Positions 52,271 to 64,000 of a stretch of DNA of 64,000 bases are shown here, one piece after another. The notes beneath the pieces were generated by a model. That model saw only the letters and a list, made by a program, of their open reading frames with translations, made no database searches and had not been told where the DNA came from. Source of the stretch: Camelus dromedarius (Eukaryota); assembly GCF_036321535.1 (NCBI RefSeq), contig NC_087436.1:15686001-15750000 (forward strand), read 5' to 3'. The position numbers and the translations under genes were made by a program. Position 1 is the stretch's first letter. Each line of letters starts with the position of its first letter.

Positions 52271-54119
52271 GTATTTGAAGTGTGTCCGATGCAGCAGTGC
52301 TTTTCAAAATGTGCCTAACATTCCTGGGGGATTTGAGTATACTGCCTTTGTTTTCTGATTTATTTTGTTCATTACAAACAAATGAGAAATTAAAAAGATA
52401 TTTATGGTTTCCTATAAAAATAGAACCACCCAGAGAAAACTACAGCTGATACTTGGTACAAGATTAGGATTATGTGGTGTGTCTTTATACAAGTACACCA
52501 CCTTTAACTTTCCATGTCAAATTTATACAAATGTATTTTTTTAAATTTGTCCTTAACTGTTAACATATGTAACAACTGTAATTTTGAGAAAAGCAATGAA
52601 ATTTCCTGCCTATCTGCTAGAGTGCTTTTCTCTTTGTTTGTTTGTTTTCATTTTAAAGGTGGCCAAGGAAATAAATGAGTTTTTCAAGTATCATAGCCAT
52701 ATTTGTCAGGGGGGATGTAGGCAGCAGTGTATTTATAAGGCATGGAGGATAGTCTGGAATATTGCAGGGTTTATGAGCTGGTGACTTGCTTCACTACATT
52801 AACTGAACTCATTAGTGAAACCAAGTTTTAAGGGCAAGCTTAATTTGTTTTTTCAAATGGGATTATAAGACACTGAAACATATTTAAATGATCACAGTTA
52901 TTAGCAATTAATCATTTGGTATTTAAGGAAAAGTTGTGAATATTCAGTACAAATTGAAAACCATAAAAGTGAGTTTTAACTCATTTATGAGAAGGAGGAA
53001 AACAGCCTGAATTAGCCCAGAGATTCCCAAGCTATAGTTAAACCTCCTTTATTAAAAAAAAAAAAAAAAAAAAAATGGCAGTGTAATTTTAAAGAGCTAG
53101 CATTTTTCTCCCTCAGGTGGTCTTGGAGAAATACTATTTCCTGGATGTCAGTGTTGGGGGCTTAGAAAATAGGGAAGGTGAAAAATAGACTCAATCAGAA
53201 TTAGAATTTAGTGAGGGCTTTCCCCTAAAAAAAACAGCAGTTTTGGCTTTAAGATCCTTTAACTTCTCGATCAACAGAAGATGTGAAAATATTTCCACGT
53301 ATTATACTCATTTCCCAATCCTTGGGCTGTTAACACGTTCAGAAAACCTCTTTAGGTTTGAATCTCTTCTCCTAGACAGACCTCCCTGTTGCTGTCCACA
53401 CTTCCACCTTCCCTCATCTACTTTCAGACCAAAACGTTCCAGCCCTGCCTATCGTTTGTTTTTCACGCTGTCCCCCTTTACTCTTTCCCACATCCAACCC
53501 CTTCACTGCAGCAGAACAAGCTCTCTGCTTTTTCAGGCCTTTTCTCTTCCTCCTCACAGACCTTCCTTTCAGGCCACCCTGAAGCTTCTGTTACGTTCCC
53601 ACCTCCTTCCAGTGCAGAACCCACCACACAATGTGTCAACCCTCCAGTCTGAGAGATCTGCCACTTCTAAGCAAAACACTCATCACCAACTCACTTGCTA
53701 TGTATTTAAACTTAGGAGCGCTGCATATCGTAAGTGTTGTCATGGGATAAATAAATGACATTTTTTTTTAAAATTCCCTCCAGTGCCTGCTTAAATTGCT
53801 GCTGTGTGACCTGTCATGATTTAAACATCATCCTTGATTCATCAGAATATGCTGGACATGTAACCACGCAGAGCAGTTGGTTGGGCCGTGGCTATAGCAG
53901 CAGACCCCCAGCCTCCTCCTTGCTGGCTTCACTTGCATTATGACAGGGACAGTGTAGAGAGTTAATATTGCTTAAGAATAAAAAACTCTTTTAAGCTCCT
54001 TTCTGTGACTCAGCCACATTTCCACTTAGAGATCCAGCCAAAAAGTTGTCCATAATTCCTCTTGACAAGCTCTTGTTTCAAATTAACCTTAACTTAAAAG
54101 CATTCTCTCATACTTGCAG

Positions 54120-54181
54120 GAATCTGACCATGCTGGTCAATCAGGAGGTTCTGTGCGAGGACCCCCAAGGTTGCCACCGAG
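54120..54181 (+). CDS. SH3D19: SH3D19 exon (62 nt, phase 0->2), ESDHAGQSGGSVRGPPRLPPR
   Basis: catacttgcag| acceptor and AG|gtaagt donor; in frame with both neighbours. Confidence 0.9.
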
Positions 54182-54505
54182 GTAAGTAAGTGTGGGAAAA
54201 CTTACAAAAAGTCAGTTAGAGAAGAACTAATGACTCTGAGACTAGTCTGTCTTTTCTGTCACCAAAACTGAGTGCTGCTGGCCTTGGACTTTCTTTTAGA
54301 GATACACTAAACTCACAAATTCACCCAGGACACTTAGCCTACAGTCAGCTTCTGACAACAGGTTATATAAATCTCTGCTCCTTTTTTTCTTTTAAAAAAA
54401 ACCCAACCCCCCAAAATCACAGAGAACAAACATAGATCTCTATTACTTTTTCTCAAACAAATTAACAAGATTCTTTTCCTAACCTAAAACAACTCCACTT
54501 CTGAA

Positions 54506-54548
54506 ACACACACACACACACACACTCACACTCTCTCTCTCTCTCTCT
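54506..54548. repeat. (CA)n(CT)n compound microsatellite
   Basis: Directly visible. Confidence 0.9.
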
Positions 54549-55253
54549 TCCCCTGTTATCAGAAACCAGCCTATTGTTAAGCATTTTTCCAAAGGGAGAC
54601 AGGCTTCATGCTCAGAAGTGACCAGCCCTCTTGAATTCCAGGGCTGTTTGGACAAAAAAACTGTGATGTTATCAGAAGATGTTAATTGTGTTGGAAATTA
54701 TTTTTATCATTAGGATTAAAGGAAAAGCTTCCAAAGTAATAATTGTCCTATCTCATTTGCAGAACTAGCTTTATATTAGGCTAAATTAGAGTTTTAATGA
54801 CGATTCTTATACGATGAATATTAGGGGAGTTTGATGTTCCTTTTCTAATCGTGTATATAAGACCACATCACAAATAGCTGATGTCTTATTATAAGCTTTT
54901 CATCTCAGACTTTGGTAGAAAGTGCTTAGTTTCCTGAAAGCCACGGTGTGTTTAAGAGCAGATGGGGCCTTAGAGAGCTCATGATAGTAAATGCTTGTTT
55001 GTCTTGAACTAATGAATCTCTAGTGCAAGATAAGCGGAAGCTGGAACATCGTGGCATTTCTTCTAATAATACAATGTTTAATGCAGCAGTCACTTACTCA
55101 AAAATAGCATAGCCTGCATGTTTCAGAAAATTACATTACGCTAGCAAAAAGCTCTTTGTGTTTGCATATGCTCATGTGTGTATGGACAAACAGGACAAAA
55201 CAGAACTTTCTGTCACTTAAACACTGACTCACAGCTACCACATTGACTTTCAG

Positions 55254-55518
55254 ACCCGCAAGTGGAAAAGTCATACCAGCTCGACAGCCTCCTCCCAAGG
55301 CGGCCCCTGAGAGACCACCTCCCCCAAAACTTCCTGCAACCAGGACATCAAGTAAAAAACTGCCTTTTAATCGGTCTTCTTCTGAGATGGATCTTCAGAA
55401 AAAACAAAGTAACTTGGCATCTGGACTCTCGAAAACCAAGAGTCAAGTCTTTAAAAATCAAGATCCGGTACTGCCCCCTCGCCCCAAACCAGGACACCCT
55501 CTCTACAGGAAATACATG
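55254..55518 (+). CDS. SH3D19: SH3D19 exon (265 nt, phase 2->0), PASGKVIP...GHPLYRKYM
   Basis: gactttcag| acceptor and ATG|gtaaat donor; ORF 55243..55575. Confidence 0.94.
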
Positions 55519-55968
55519 GTAAATTTAGCTTTAAAAATATTTGTGGTCACGAAGTTTGTCCTAAACTGTATATAAGATTCATTATTCCTTAGAAAAAGAT
55601 GATGAGACACATGTGGAGTTGCCCCTTCACACTAAGAGTGCTTTAGATAAGTAGGCCGTGATAAAACCTTGGTCTTTAAAGCAGGGTTTTCTTATTAGGA
55701 GAAATACAGGAAAAAGAAGCAGGGCAGGATGAAGATTGCAGAAACAGAAACTCTGAAAAACCCGACCCAGTAGATTATACCCATGGGAGTATCTCTGACA
55801 GATACTATATTTATATCTTGATATAGTTTGTACCTTATAGCTACCTTGCCCACAGAGCAAATTTCAAATAAAGTAGAAAGAAAATTCTTATTAAGGTCGA
55901 TAGTTTTCCCCTCATTTTCCACTTTTGTAAACCCGATTATCGTGGTCCATTTAATAGTTACTAGTTAG

Positions 55969-56669
55969 TGCAGCCACTATGGAGACAGTGTGGAGGTCCC
56001 TTAAAAAACTAAAAATAGACTTACCATATGATCCAGCAATCCCACTCTTGGGCATATATCCAGAGAAAACTCTAATTCAAAAAGATATATGCACACCAGT
56101 GTTCGTAAGAGCACTGTTTTCAGTAACCAAAACATGGAAGCAACCTAAATGTCCATCAACAGATGAATGGATAAGGGAGATGTAGTTTATGTATATAATA
56201 GAATATTACTCAGTTGTAAAAAAAGAATGAAATAATGCCATCTGCAGCAACATGGATGGACCTAGAGATTATCATATTAACTGAAGTAAGTCAGACAGAG
56301 AAAGACAAATATCATATGATATCACTTATATGTGGAATCTAAAAAAATGATACAAATGAGCTTATTTACAAGACAGAAATAGACTCACAGATATAGAAAA
56401 CAAACTTATTACCAAAGGGGACAGGGGGATGGAGGGATGAATTAAGAGTTTAGGAATAACATATGCACACTACTATATATAAAGTAAACAACAAGGACCT
56501 ACTGTATAGCTCAGGGAACTATACTCAATATCTTGTAATAACCTATAATGGAAAAGAATCTGAAAATGAATATGTATATGTATAGTTGAATCATTTTGCT
56601 GTACACCTGAAACTAACATGACATTTTAAATCAGCTATACTTCAAGTTTTTAAAAAGGTGGGGAAAAAA
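55969..56669 (+). mobile_element. 5'-truncated young L1, sense to SH3D19
   Basis: TSD agttactagttag / agttacaagttag (55956-55968, 56670-56682); the [24 protein letters not shown] is the L1 ORF2 end. Confidence 0.92.
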
Positions 56670-57144
56670 AGTTACAAGTTAGAAGTTTTCTTCAGTAACT
56701 GAGATAGTTGAGATATTAATTTTGTTCTCTTTGAATGTTTTTCTCATCGTATGTCCTTAAGCCTTTGTCTTTGTTTCCCGCACTTGAAAACAGTTGATGC
56801 GCTCTCTCTGCTCTGGTCCGGTTAACCTGATGAATTCTAGAACAAAAACAATGAAAGCAGGAGTGTATGCACTTTTCAAACACTTGTACAACAGTATAGC
56901 TCTTAACAAGAACAGCAATGAGTGATTTCATATTGTTCTACATTTCCATCATTGAGCTGGAAATTGTTTTCATTTTAAGCTCTTTAGAATTTTTTCTTAC
57001 TCTTCCTAAGCGAAGGGTATAGGCAGATAAGAATGAGGTAATATATTCAGATATATTCATTTTCATTTAAACTGATGAAATTTTAATTGCTAAAACCCAG
57101 GGGTGTTCTTAGGGATAAGTTACTTAAAAATTACAAATAAATAA

Positions 57145-57400
57145 AAGTGGTAGCTGATATGTTGAGTACTTACTAGCCAGGCATTGTTTGAAGCACTTTA
57201 TACATATTAAATAACTCTTTATTCCTCACACCATCCCTGTGAGGTAGATATTATTATTATCTCTACTATACAAATGAAGAAAATAGGACTCAGAGAGGTT
57301 GAGTAACCTGTCCAGGGTCACAAAGCCAGTAGCGACGGAGCCAAGATTTGAACATAGATTAACTGTCTCTGAACCAATGCTCTTAACCATTAAGCCATAC
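57145..57400 (-). mobile_element. MIR SINE (near full length)
   Basis: gagtacttactagccaggcattg...ccctgtgaggtagat...ctcagagaggttgagtaacctgtccagggtcaca. Confidence 0.85.
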
Positions 57401-58364
57401 TTTGAAAATAGTGTCACTAATTACAAAGTCTGTAATAGCCAATTGCTTTGGCTACTCCGTATTAAAAGCCCCACTCAGGGTAACTGGGTTTTGCTTATAA
57501 GTCTTAGAATAGCTGTATAATGTCAATAAAGCATTTGAATAACTCAAAGAAATTAATAAATTCAAAATATTAATGTGTCTCTTTACAAAACAATTCCTTA
57601 AATCTCTCATTTTTCCTGTGGCAGCCGTACCATTCCATTGCTAACAGGAATCTGGATTCATTAGACGCCCTGGTACTCTGACAGAGATGCAGAGAGGCAG
57701 CGGCACCCTCACACTCTGCATCTTTGCTCCTGAGTGACCGAAGGGCCCAGGCAGCCTCCCTTTCCTCGTTGCAGTGAGCTTGTGTGACCGCATCTCCTGG
57801 GTGTGTCTTTCATATTATTCAGGCCCTCTGACCTGCACTCATCAGCCAGCAGTTACCGAGGCAGGGAACGGAGTGCAGTACAGATATAAAAGCCATTCTA
57901 AGATCAGCCAGGGCTGAGTGTACCGGAAAGTGACTGCGATCAGGCAGTGGAATGGGTTTAAGTAGCCGCTTGTGTCAGAGAATCCAGGTGAGAGTCAAGG
58001 CAAATGGAAGCAGCTAGTCGAGCACTTCAGAGAAGCCATCAGTCCCCTATCAACCAATCCTGAATTAAAGGCTGTAAGGTCAGGCGCTGAGTATTTGCCT
58101 CGGTGGACCTTGTCCTATGGAATAGAACTTCCTAGTTGTGGTTATTAAAGGGCACTTGAGGCCGCGTTCAGCAGCTGTGGTCCTGTGGGCCAAGTCCACA
58201 CCCCAGGACTCTGCGTGAGAAACGGCAGGCCCCGCTGGGTCCAGAGCTCGGGGAAGCCAAGTGAAGAGCATCAGTGCTGGAGAAGTTACAGATCCCCAGA
58301 TGATCAGCCACTTAGGAGGAGGTGATCTGATTGTGAATAACCCTTTCATTGGTTTATGTTTAAG

Positions 58365-58433
58365 CTGTCGGTGCCTCATGGAATTGCCAAGGAAGACATT
58401 GTCCCGCAAAACCCCGGAGAACTTTCTTGTAAG
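58365..58433 (+). CDS. SH3D19: SH3D19 exon (69 nt, symmetric phase 0->0), LSVPHGIAKEDIVPQNPGELSCK, N-terminal part of SH3-1
   Basis: tatgtttaag| acceptor and AAG|gtaagg donor; open in frame. Confidence 0.9.
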
Positions 58434-58598
58434 GTAAGGTACAGCTCTTTCTTTATTGACTAATGTAAAAAATCGCTGGCCTCTGTTACTGTTTTATACA
58501 GTATTAAATGCTTTAGGCTCCAAAGATTAAAATGGGGAAAAAGTAATAATGTTTTATTAAATAATAATTGCTTCAGAGAGTGATATTGTACCTTGCAG

Positions 58599-58739
58599 CG
58601 TGGGGACGTACTTGTGATACTGAAGCAGGCGGAAAATAATTACTTGGAATGCCAAAAGGGAGAAGACACTGGCAGAGTTCACCTGTCTCAGATGAAGATT
58701 ATCACCCCACTTGACGAACATCTTAGAAGCAGACCAAAC
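58599..58739 (+). CDS. SH3D19: SH3D19 exon (141 nt), RGDVLVILKQ...HLRSRPN, remainder of SH3-1
   Basis: ccttgcag| acceptor and AAC|gtgagg donor; SH3-like KRGDVLV. Confidence 0.93.
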
Positions 58740-60199
58740 GTGAGGAATTAATATTGTACTGCCCTCCTATCACACATGGCAGCACATTTCACAGAACTAT
58801 TAATTATATCTCATCCTCGGGTTTTTATTAGCACGTTTATTTTAACCAGAGTAAGAATTACGGTAGCGTTTTATTCCATTTTAAGAATGAATTACTTCTA
58901 AGAGATTTGCCACAGCCATACTAATCACCGTGATGCAGAGTGACTGCCGTGTGCTCTGCCTTCATCCTGTCGTGCTGACTTGTAGCAACCAGAACACTCG
59001 GTCATTAATTTTCAACTGCAAGAGCTATTTATTTTTGAAATAATGTAAACATGTTTACCAAAGCACCGAAGATTAGTTTTCTAGCAGAATGGATAATTAT
59101 TTTAAAGGGGGCCCTATAAATGCTGTCTGACTTTAAAAAAAAAAAAAAACCTTTAAGATTTAAGCTTAGTATAAACCTCGTTTATCTGATCATAGCTCAT
59201 AAAATAATGAAATGAAATGTTCCAACAACATGAAGTCACAATTTAGGCCTAGCAAATTTGCGGAGCCAGGGAAAATACAATGATTATTGAAGGTCATTTG
59301 TCCATCAAGAAAGGTGCCATTGGACAATTTATAGAGGTATATTTTTAAAAGAGCTTCTTAAAGTATCTGGTTAAATTTTCACTATATGTTATATAATGTA
59401 GAAAACGTGAAAAATGAGACTCATCAGTCATTTAAACCGAGTAAACTATTTGGTTTGTCATTCATCCTAGTTTTCATAATCTAGTCCAATTCTTTCTTCT
59501 TAGCAGGCCATTTATCATTTGAGGTTTGCTGAGAAACTAAAAATTTGTATTTTGGAGGGCAGAGAAGTTGTGTGTGTGAAGGTAGTCACGGCTGGGACCC
59601 TGAAAATTCTGACTCCAGGCCCACAGGGAAGCTCTCCTATTGCTCATTTTCTCTTTGTTTGGATACAGCATTATCCATCTGTCACCTCTGTCCTTCCTCT
59701 CCCGGAACACACTTCCTTCCTTGATGAAAAATAGAAGGTGAAAAAATTGCAAGTTTTTCTTTCATAGAACCCCACAGCTTTGTCAGCTTGAAACATTACC
59801 TTCCTCGTTCCTGTGCCGTACCTTGCAGAGAGTGGTCTCAGATGGCCAGCTACTGGTGACCCTGCCCTGCAGCCTCTCCTGGGCTCCGGGTCACAGCTCA
59901 CATTACATTGTTTGGAAAAATAAAACTTAGCTATTTGAAAGCCTAGTTTTAAGGTAAATGTTTCTAAAGACGTGTTATTCTTTCCCCTTCCTGAGTAAAC
60001 AGAAGGTACTGGACATTGTCAGTTGAGACAGAGCTGTGAGCCCTGGAGGAGGTGGGACACTGTCCACCCCTGCATGGGTTCCAGCACACACTCGGGTTTC
60101 CGGTCCCCTCCCACCTCCTGAGGCCATTATTTAACCTCTGTAATCTTCATTTTGTAAATGTGTGAAATGGGTATGATAATTCCTCACAGAGTCATTTAT

Positions 60200-60470
60200 A
60201 GAATTGATTTATTGTTATGATTCCACATATATAGAAGTCCAGAAAATGTAAATCCAGACAGGAGATTAGTGGTTGCCTCGAGCTGGGGGGGAGGATGGGG
60301 AGTGAGGAGTGACTGCGAATGCCTGGGAGGCTTCTCCAGGGAGTGAGAAAAATGTTCTGAAGTTAGGTTCTGGTGATGGTCACACAACTCTGTGAACACA
60401 CTAAAAGTGTGTATGCTATAAATGGGCAAATTTATGGCATGTGGCTCACATCTCAAAGATGCTTAAAAAA
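60200..60470 (+). mobile_element. L1MB-like 3' end inserted into a MIR
   Basis: tatgattccacatata...agattagtggttgcc...aaatgttctgaa; MIR halves flank it at about 60090-60195 and 60470-60550. Confidence 0.7.
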
Positions 60471-62237
60471 TTAAATGAGCTAATTAATTAATGCATATAC
60501 GGTGTTGAACACATGAGTAGGGCACAGTGGGTGAACAGTGGATATTAGCTATTCCTATTACAAATTTGTATTAGCCATTATAATCACAGTAGAAGGAGCT
60601 TTAAAATATGTTAGATTTTCCTACCAGATACCCACCCTAACAGCATGGTCTGCGTGGTACCTGCCAACCCTGTTTACCTGTGCCTCCCGTCCTTCCTTCA
60701 TCTGCCGGGCCAAGGTGAAGAGCAGCCTTTCCAGGGACATCCATGCCCTGAAGGCAGAGAGGGGACACTAACTGGGAGGCACAGGTTACTGTCCCACCTC
60801 TTCTACCTTGTCAGGATCTTGGTCCATCTGGAGGTTCACGTTTGAGTTTGGTGTGAGGTAGGCCTCTGACTTCGTTTTTTTCCAGACGGAAAGCCCTCTA
60901 GGCTAGCTCCATTTATTGACCAGTCATTCCTTTTTCCACAGATGTAAACCAGGAAAAAATGAAAACCACAAAGACACACATAATAAATTGTGTAAATAAT
61001 CATTTTTAAAACTTCTCCAGGCTTAAAATCCCTCACAGTTCCTTCCACGGTCCCTGATATTCCCATCATGCTTATTTATTTAGGGAAGAGCACTGAGCAG
61101 CCTCTAAGAAAATGTTCAGCGTTGCTCTGGTAAGCTGATGTGGCAAGCTGCTGTATCACCGTCACCGACTTGAGAGAGTGCAGCACGTGTCCACAGGTGC
61201 ATTCTGGTGATTCAGAAAAGAGTCCAGCAAGGGTGCTGCAGGGTGGAAGGAGAGAGAGTGGACCGCGATCCAGTGCTGCCTGACTGGCCGAGCACATCAC
61301 GGCCAGGACAGGGATGATCCCTAAGGAGTCACTGAAGGAGGGAAGGGACCATAGGGGGCATAAAAATCTGCCTGCATTTATTCCGCAGGTTTGCAGTGTT
61401 GGAGAGTTTTCAGTTCTAATTCCAAATAATATCCTTCAGTCAGATTTGATGATGATGATGTGAATAAGCCTGTCTCTTCATATAAAGAAACTAATACCAA
61501 CTGCTTGTCAGTAGGAAACGGTCACTCTTCACCTTTACCTTCCCCTCTGGCCAATCTAAGCAGTTGGTTAGATGGGTAGAGAATATTGAATTCTCTTTGC
61601 TAATTTACTTGGAATTACTGTTGAATAAACCATGCAGATTAAATAGAAAATCCAGGCCAGGCATAAGAGGTAGCATTGGCTTTCAAATTAGAGACAGCAT
61701 TCAGTTAAGTGGTAATAAATGAAATGGATTTTAGTTTTTGTGAGTTATCCTTTTGTGGAAGTCATTAGCTCTTTTCATTACAAAAGTCAGGAGCATCAGT
61801 TGCAGAACTTTCTTCTTTTCCCATCTTAATGATGACACAACTTTTAAGACTCTGTTTTAAGGTTTAGTCCTGATCACAGTTTATGGAAAGAGCGACCATT
61901 GAAACGTGAAGAGGTCAGAAACCACTACTTCGGGGTAGAATAGATACTGTTTTTGTTTTTGTTTTTTAAAGGTGATTTCCTTTTGTTTTCTCTTTAGTTA
62001 AAAAAAATGCTGGGGATATTATAACAGAGTGTTATTTCTGTCCTCCTCTGGCAAGGACACATGCCTTTTCAACTTGGTAATGATTCCCTTGTTTGGCTCA
62101 GTTGTGTGGTTTGCATCTTGTGCTCACAATGTAATTGTGTCAGGAGGAGTCTAATGAGGGGGAAAAATGGTCTCGGAGTGATAATAAACCCGGCGTCCAT
62201 CCGCACACTCCATTCACTGCGCTGTTTTCCCCCTAAG

Positions 62238-62310
62238 GATCCAAGCCCCGCTCAGAAGCCTGTTGACAGTGGTGCCCCTCATGCTGTCGTTCTTCATGAT
62301 TTTCCAGCAG
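62238..62310 (+). CDS. SH3D19: SH3D19 exon (73 nt), DPSPAQKPVDSGAPHAVVLHDFPA, start of SH3-2
   Basis: ttccccctaag| acceptor and CAG|gtaagg donor; AVVLHDF corresponds to the SH3 ALYDY element. Confidence 0.93.
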
Positions 62311-63333
62311 GTAAGGACATAAATAATAAAGTGGTAGAACCACATGGTTCACAATCAGGCGTCCTCCCTGGGTTAACCTCTCAAAGACATCGTTCATTTT
62401 CGGTGCCAGCGTAGCCCTGGACTGGAGAGGTCATCTTATCCTCACCCAAGGGGCGCCTTGTACGCAGCCATCCGGGAAGGGTCACCTCTACCCAGCCATT
62501 TCAGGAAGCTTGGCTGCATACCCTTGCCTTTGAAACTGCCTGTGAGAGAGAGAGAGGAGAAGAGGGTGTCTCCCTTACAAATGAACAAATAGCAAATTGC
62601 CTACTATTTGCAAATTCTTTAACTCTTTCAAAACAAGGGGTACCAAATAACAGTTGTAATGAAATTAATTCTAATTGAATAAGTGAAGTTCTTTTCTCCT
62701 AAGAGTTGTAAAACCTACACATAAAGATCAACTATTACTTAAGAAATGAAAATATACATTTTTATAATCAGTTTTTAAATACCTTTTATATCCAAGGCAA
62801 CAAATAAAATAAATTCCTAATTTATTTATAATCTTTTTTTTAATCTACTTGGTGGACTGATTTTTATCTCAGTGTGAGTAAATTTATTTTCTAAAGAGCT
62901 GTATGACTCCCTTAGTTAATATTTTGAGATTGAAATGATTTTTAAGCATGGTTGAGAATAGTATGAATATTATACCATGTCTATAATGCTCCCTCATTGT
63001 TAAAATACGTTTTAAGCAGAAGGTTTATATTGGCACAGTAGGAATCGCTGGCAAGCACAGTGTTTCGTGTGTACGTTTTTTTAACCATTTCCTATCAGTC
63101 AATGCATGGTAAATATATCTAATTTGATCTTAAAAGGGAAAGCTCATAGCAACAATATCCACCCCCAGAAAAAGGATATATTTTTAAAGTCAATTTGATT
63201 AGTATAATCTGTTCTCAGAATCAACAGAACATACTGCCTCGGTGGACAGAACTAAATGCTATTTTGTGCTCTGCTTTAATCAGATCTGCAACCAGGGTAA
63301 TTCATCACACATAATTATAATTCTATGTTACAG

Positions 63334-63464
63334 AGCAAGTTGATGATTTGAACCTCACATCTGGAGAAATTGTTTATCTTCTGGAAAAAATAGATACAGA
63401 TTGGTACAGAGGGAAATGTAGAAACCAGACAGGTGTATTTCCTGCCAACTACGTCAAAGTAATT
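63334..63464 (+). CDS. SH3D19: SH3D19 exon (131 nt), EQVDDLNLTSGEIVYLLEKIDTDWYRGKCRNQTGVFPANYVKVI, rest of SH3-2
   Basis: tatgttacag| acceptor and ATT|gtaagt donor; canonical SH3 WY and GxFPxNY motifs. Confidence 0.96.
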
Positions 63465-64000
63465 GTAAGTAGGTTGTGCTTGTTTAAATTGGTCATATAT
63501 TCAGTGGGTTCCATGTAATTAACAGTTTGGAAAAAAAGTAACCAGAAGCCTAGCTTCTTGGGTTCTGGCTCTTTCTCTTCCATTAATTCATTTGGTAGTT
63601 GGAAAATTCAAAAATAAAGATTTGTTCAACTAGATAATGGTTAATTGTGATTATATTATGGGGTATTGGTACTTGATGCTTAGGTGTTATCTGAAATCCC
63701 AAGGTGAAAAACTACTACAGGTCAACTGGTGAATGAACTATTCCTGGAGGGTTTGATAAGCACTTGAGGATATATGTTAATTCACTGAAACATTCAGTGG
63801 GCAAGAATTAAATGATTCTGGATTGTCCTGAAGGAATGTTCTCTGAGGTTATGGTACCACTTCTCCTTTTCTTTGGAGTACGTTTCATTTTTGGTTTCTT
63901 TCATCCTTTTCACCCCCATTTTTCTCTACCTTTAAAAAAAAAAGTAGATTTGGGAATACTAAAGTACTTTCATTGGAGGTAGTAGTCCACTAATGGTTTT

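Noticed and set aside
1..64000. CRISPR arrays, tRNA/rRNA/snRNA genes, prokaryotic systems
   Set aside because: None recognised; the sequence is intron-exon mammalian DNA throughout.

Overview
This is mammalian genomic DNA, AT-rich and repeat-rich. The young L1 3' ends and the lack of recognisable Alu, B1, Bov-A, PRE-1 or Can-SINE elements tentatively suggest a camelid. The window lies inside the + strand gene SH3D19 (EBP/Eve-1). I chained 13 canonical AG/GT exons (28251-63464) with consistent phases into one open frame. It runs from QGPLSSIRAVIKR through the proline-rich region and an atypical first SH3 domain into the second SH3 domain. The first exons and the 3' exons lie outside the window. 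Introns contain L1, L2, MIR, hAT MITEs and MLT1/MLT2/MER21-like LTRs, plus a ~1 kb solo LTR with a 6-bp TSD nested in a young L1. The most interesting signals are: (1) a candidate mutually exclusive micro-exon pair (40 nt at 32458 vs 43 nt at 33881); (2) an apparent decayed ~1.5 kb coding exon (50723-52270) with the same phases as the 62-nt exon; (3) clustered linear motifs (PPxY, TQT, clathrin boxes, DPF, PxxxPR), several confined to the N-terminally extended isoform. Repeat family names come from recalled consensus resemblance and need RepeatMasker/Dfam confirmation.
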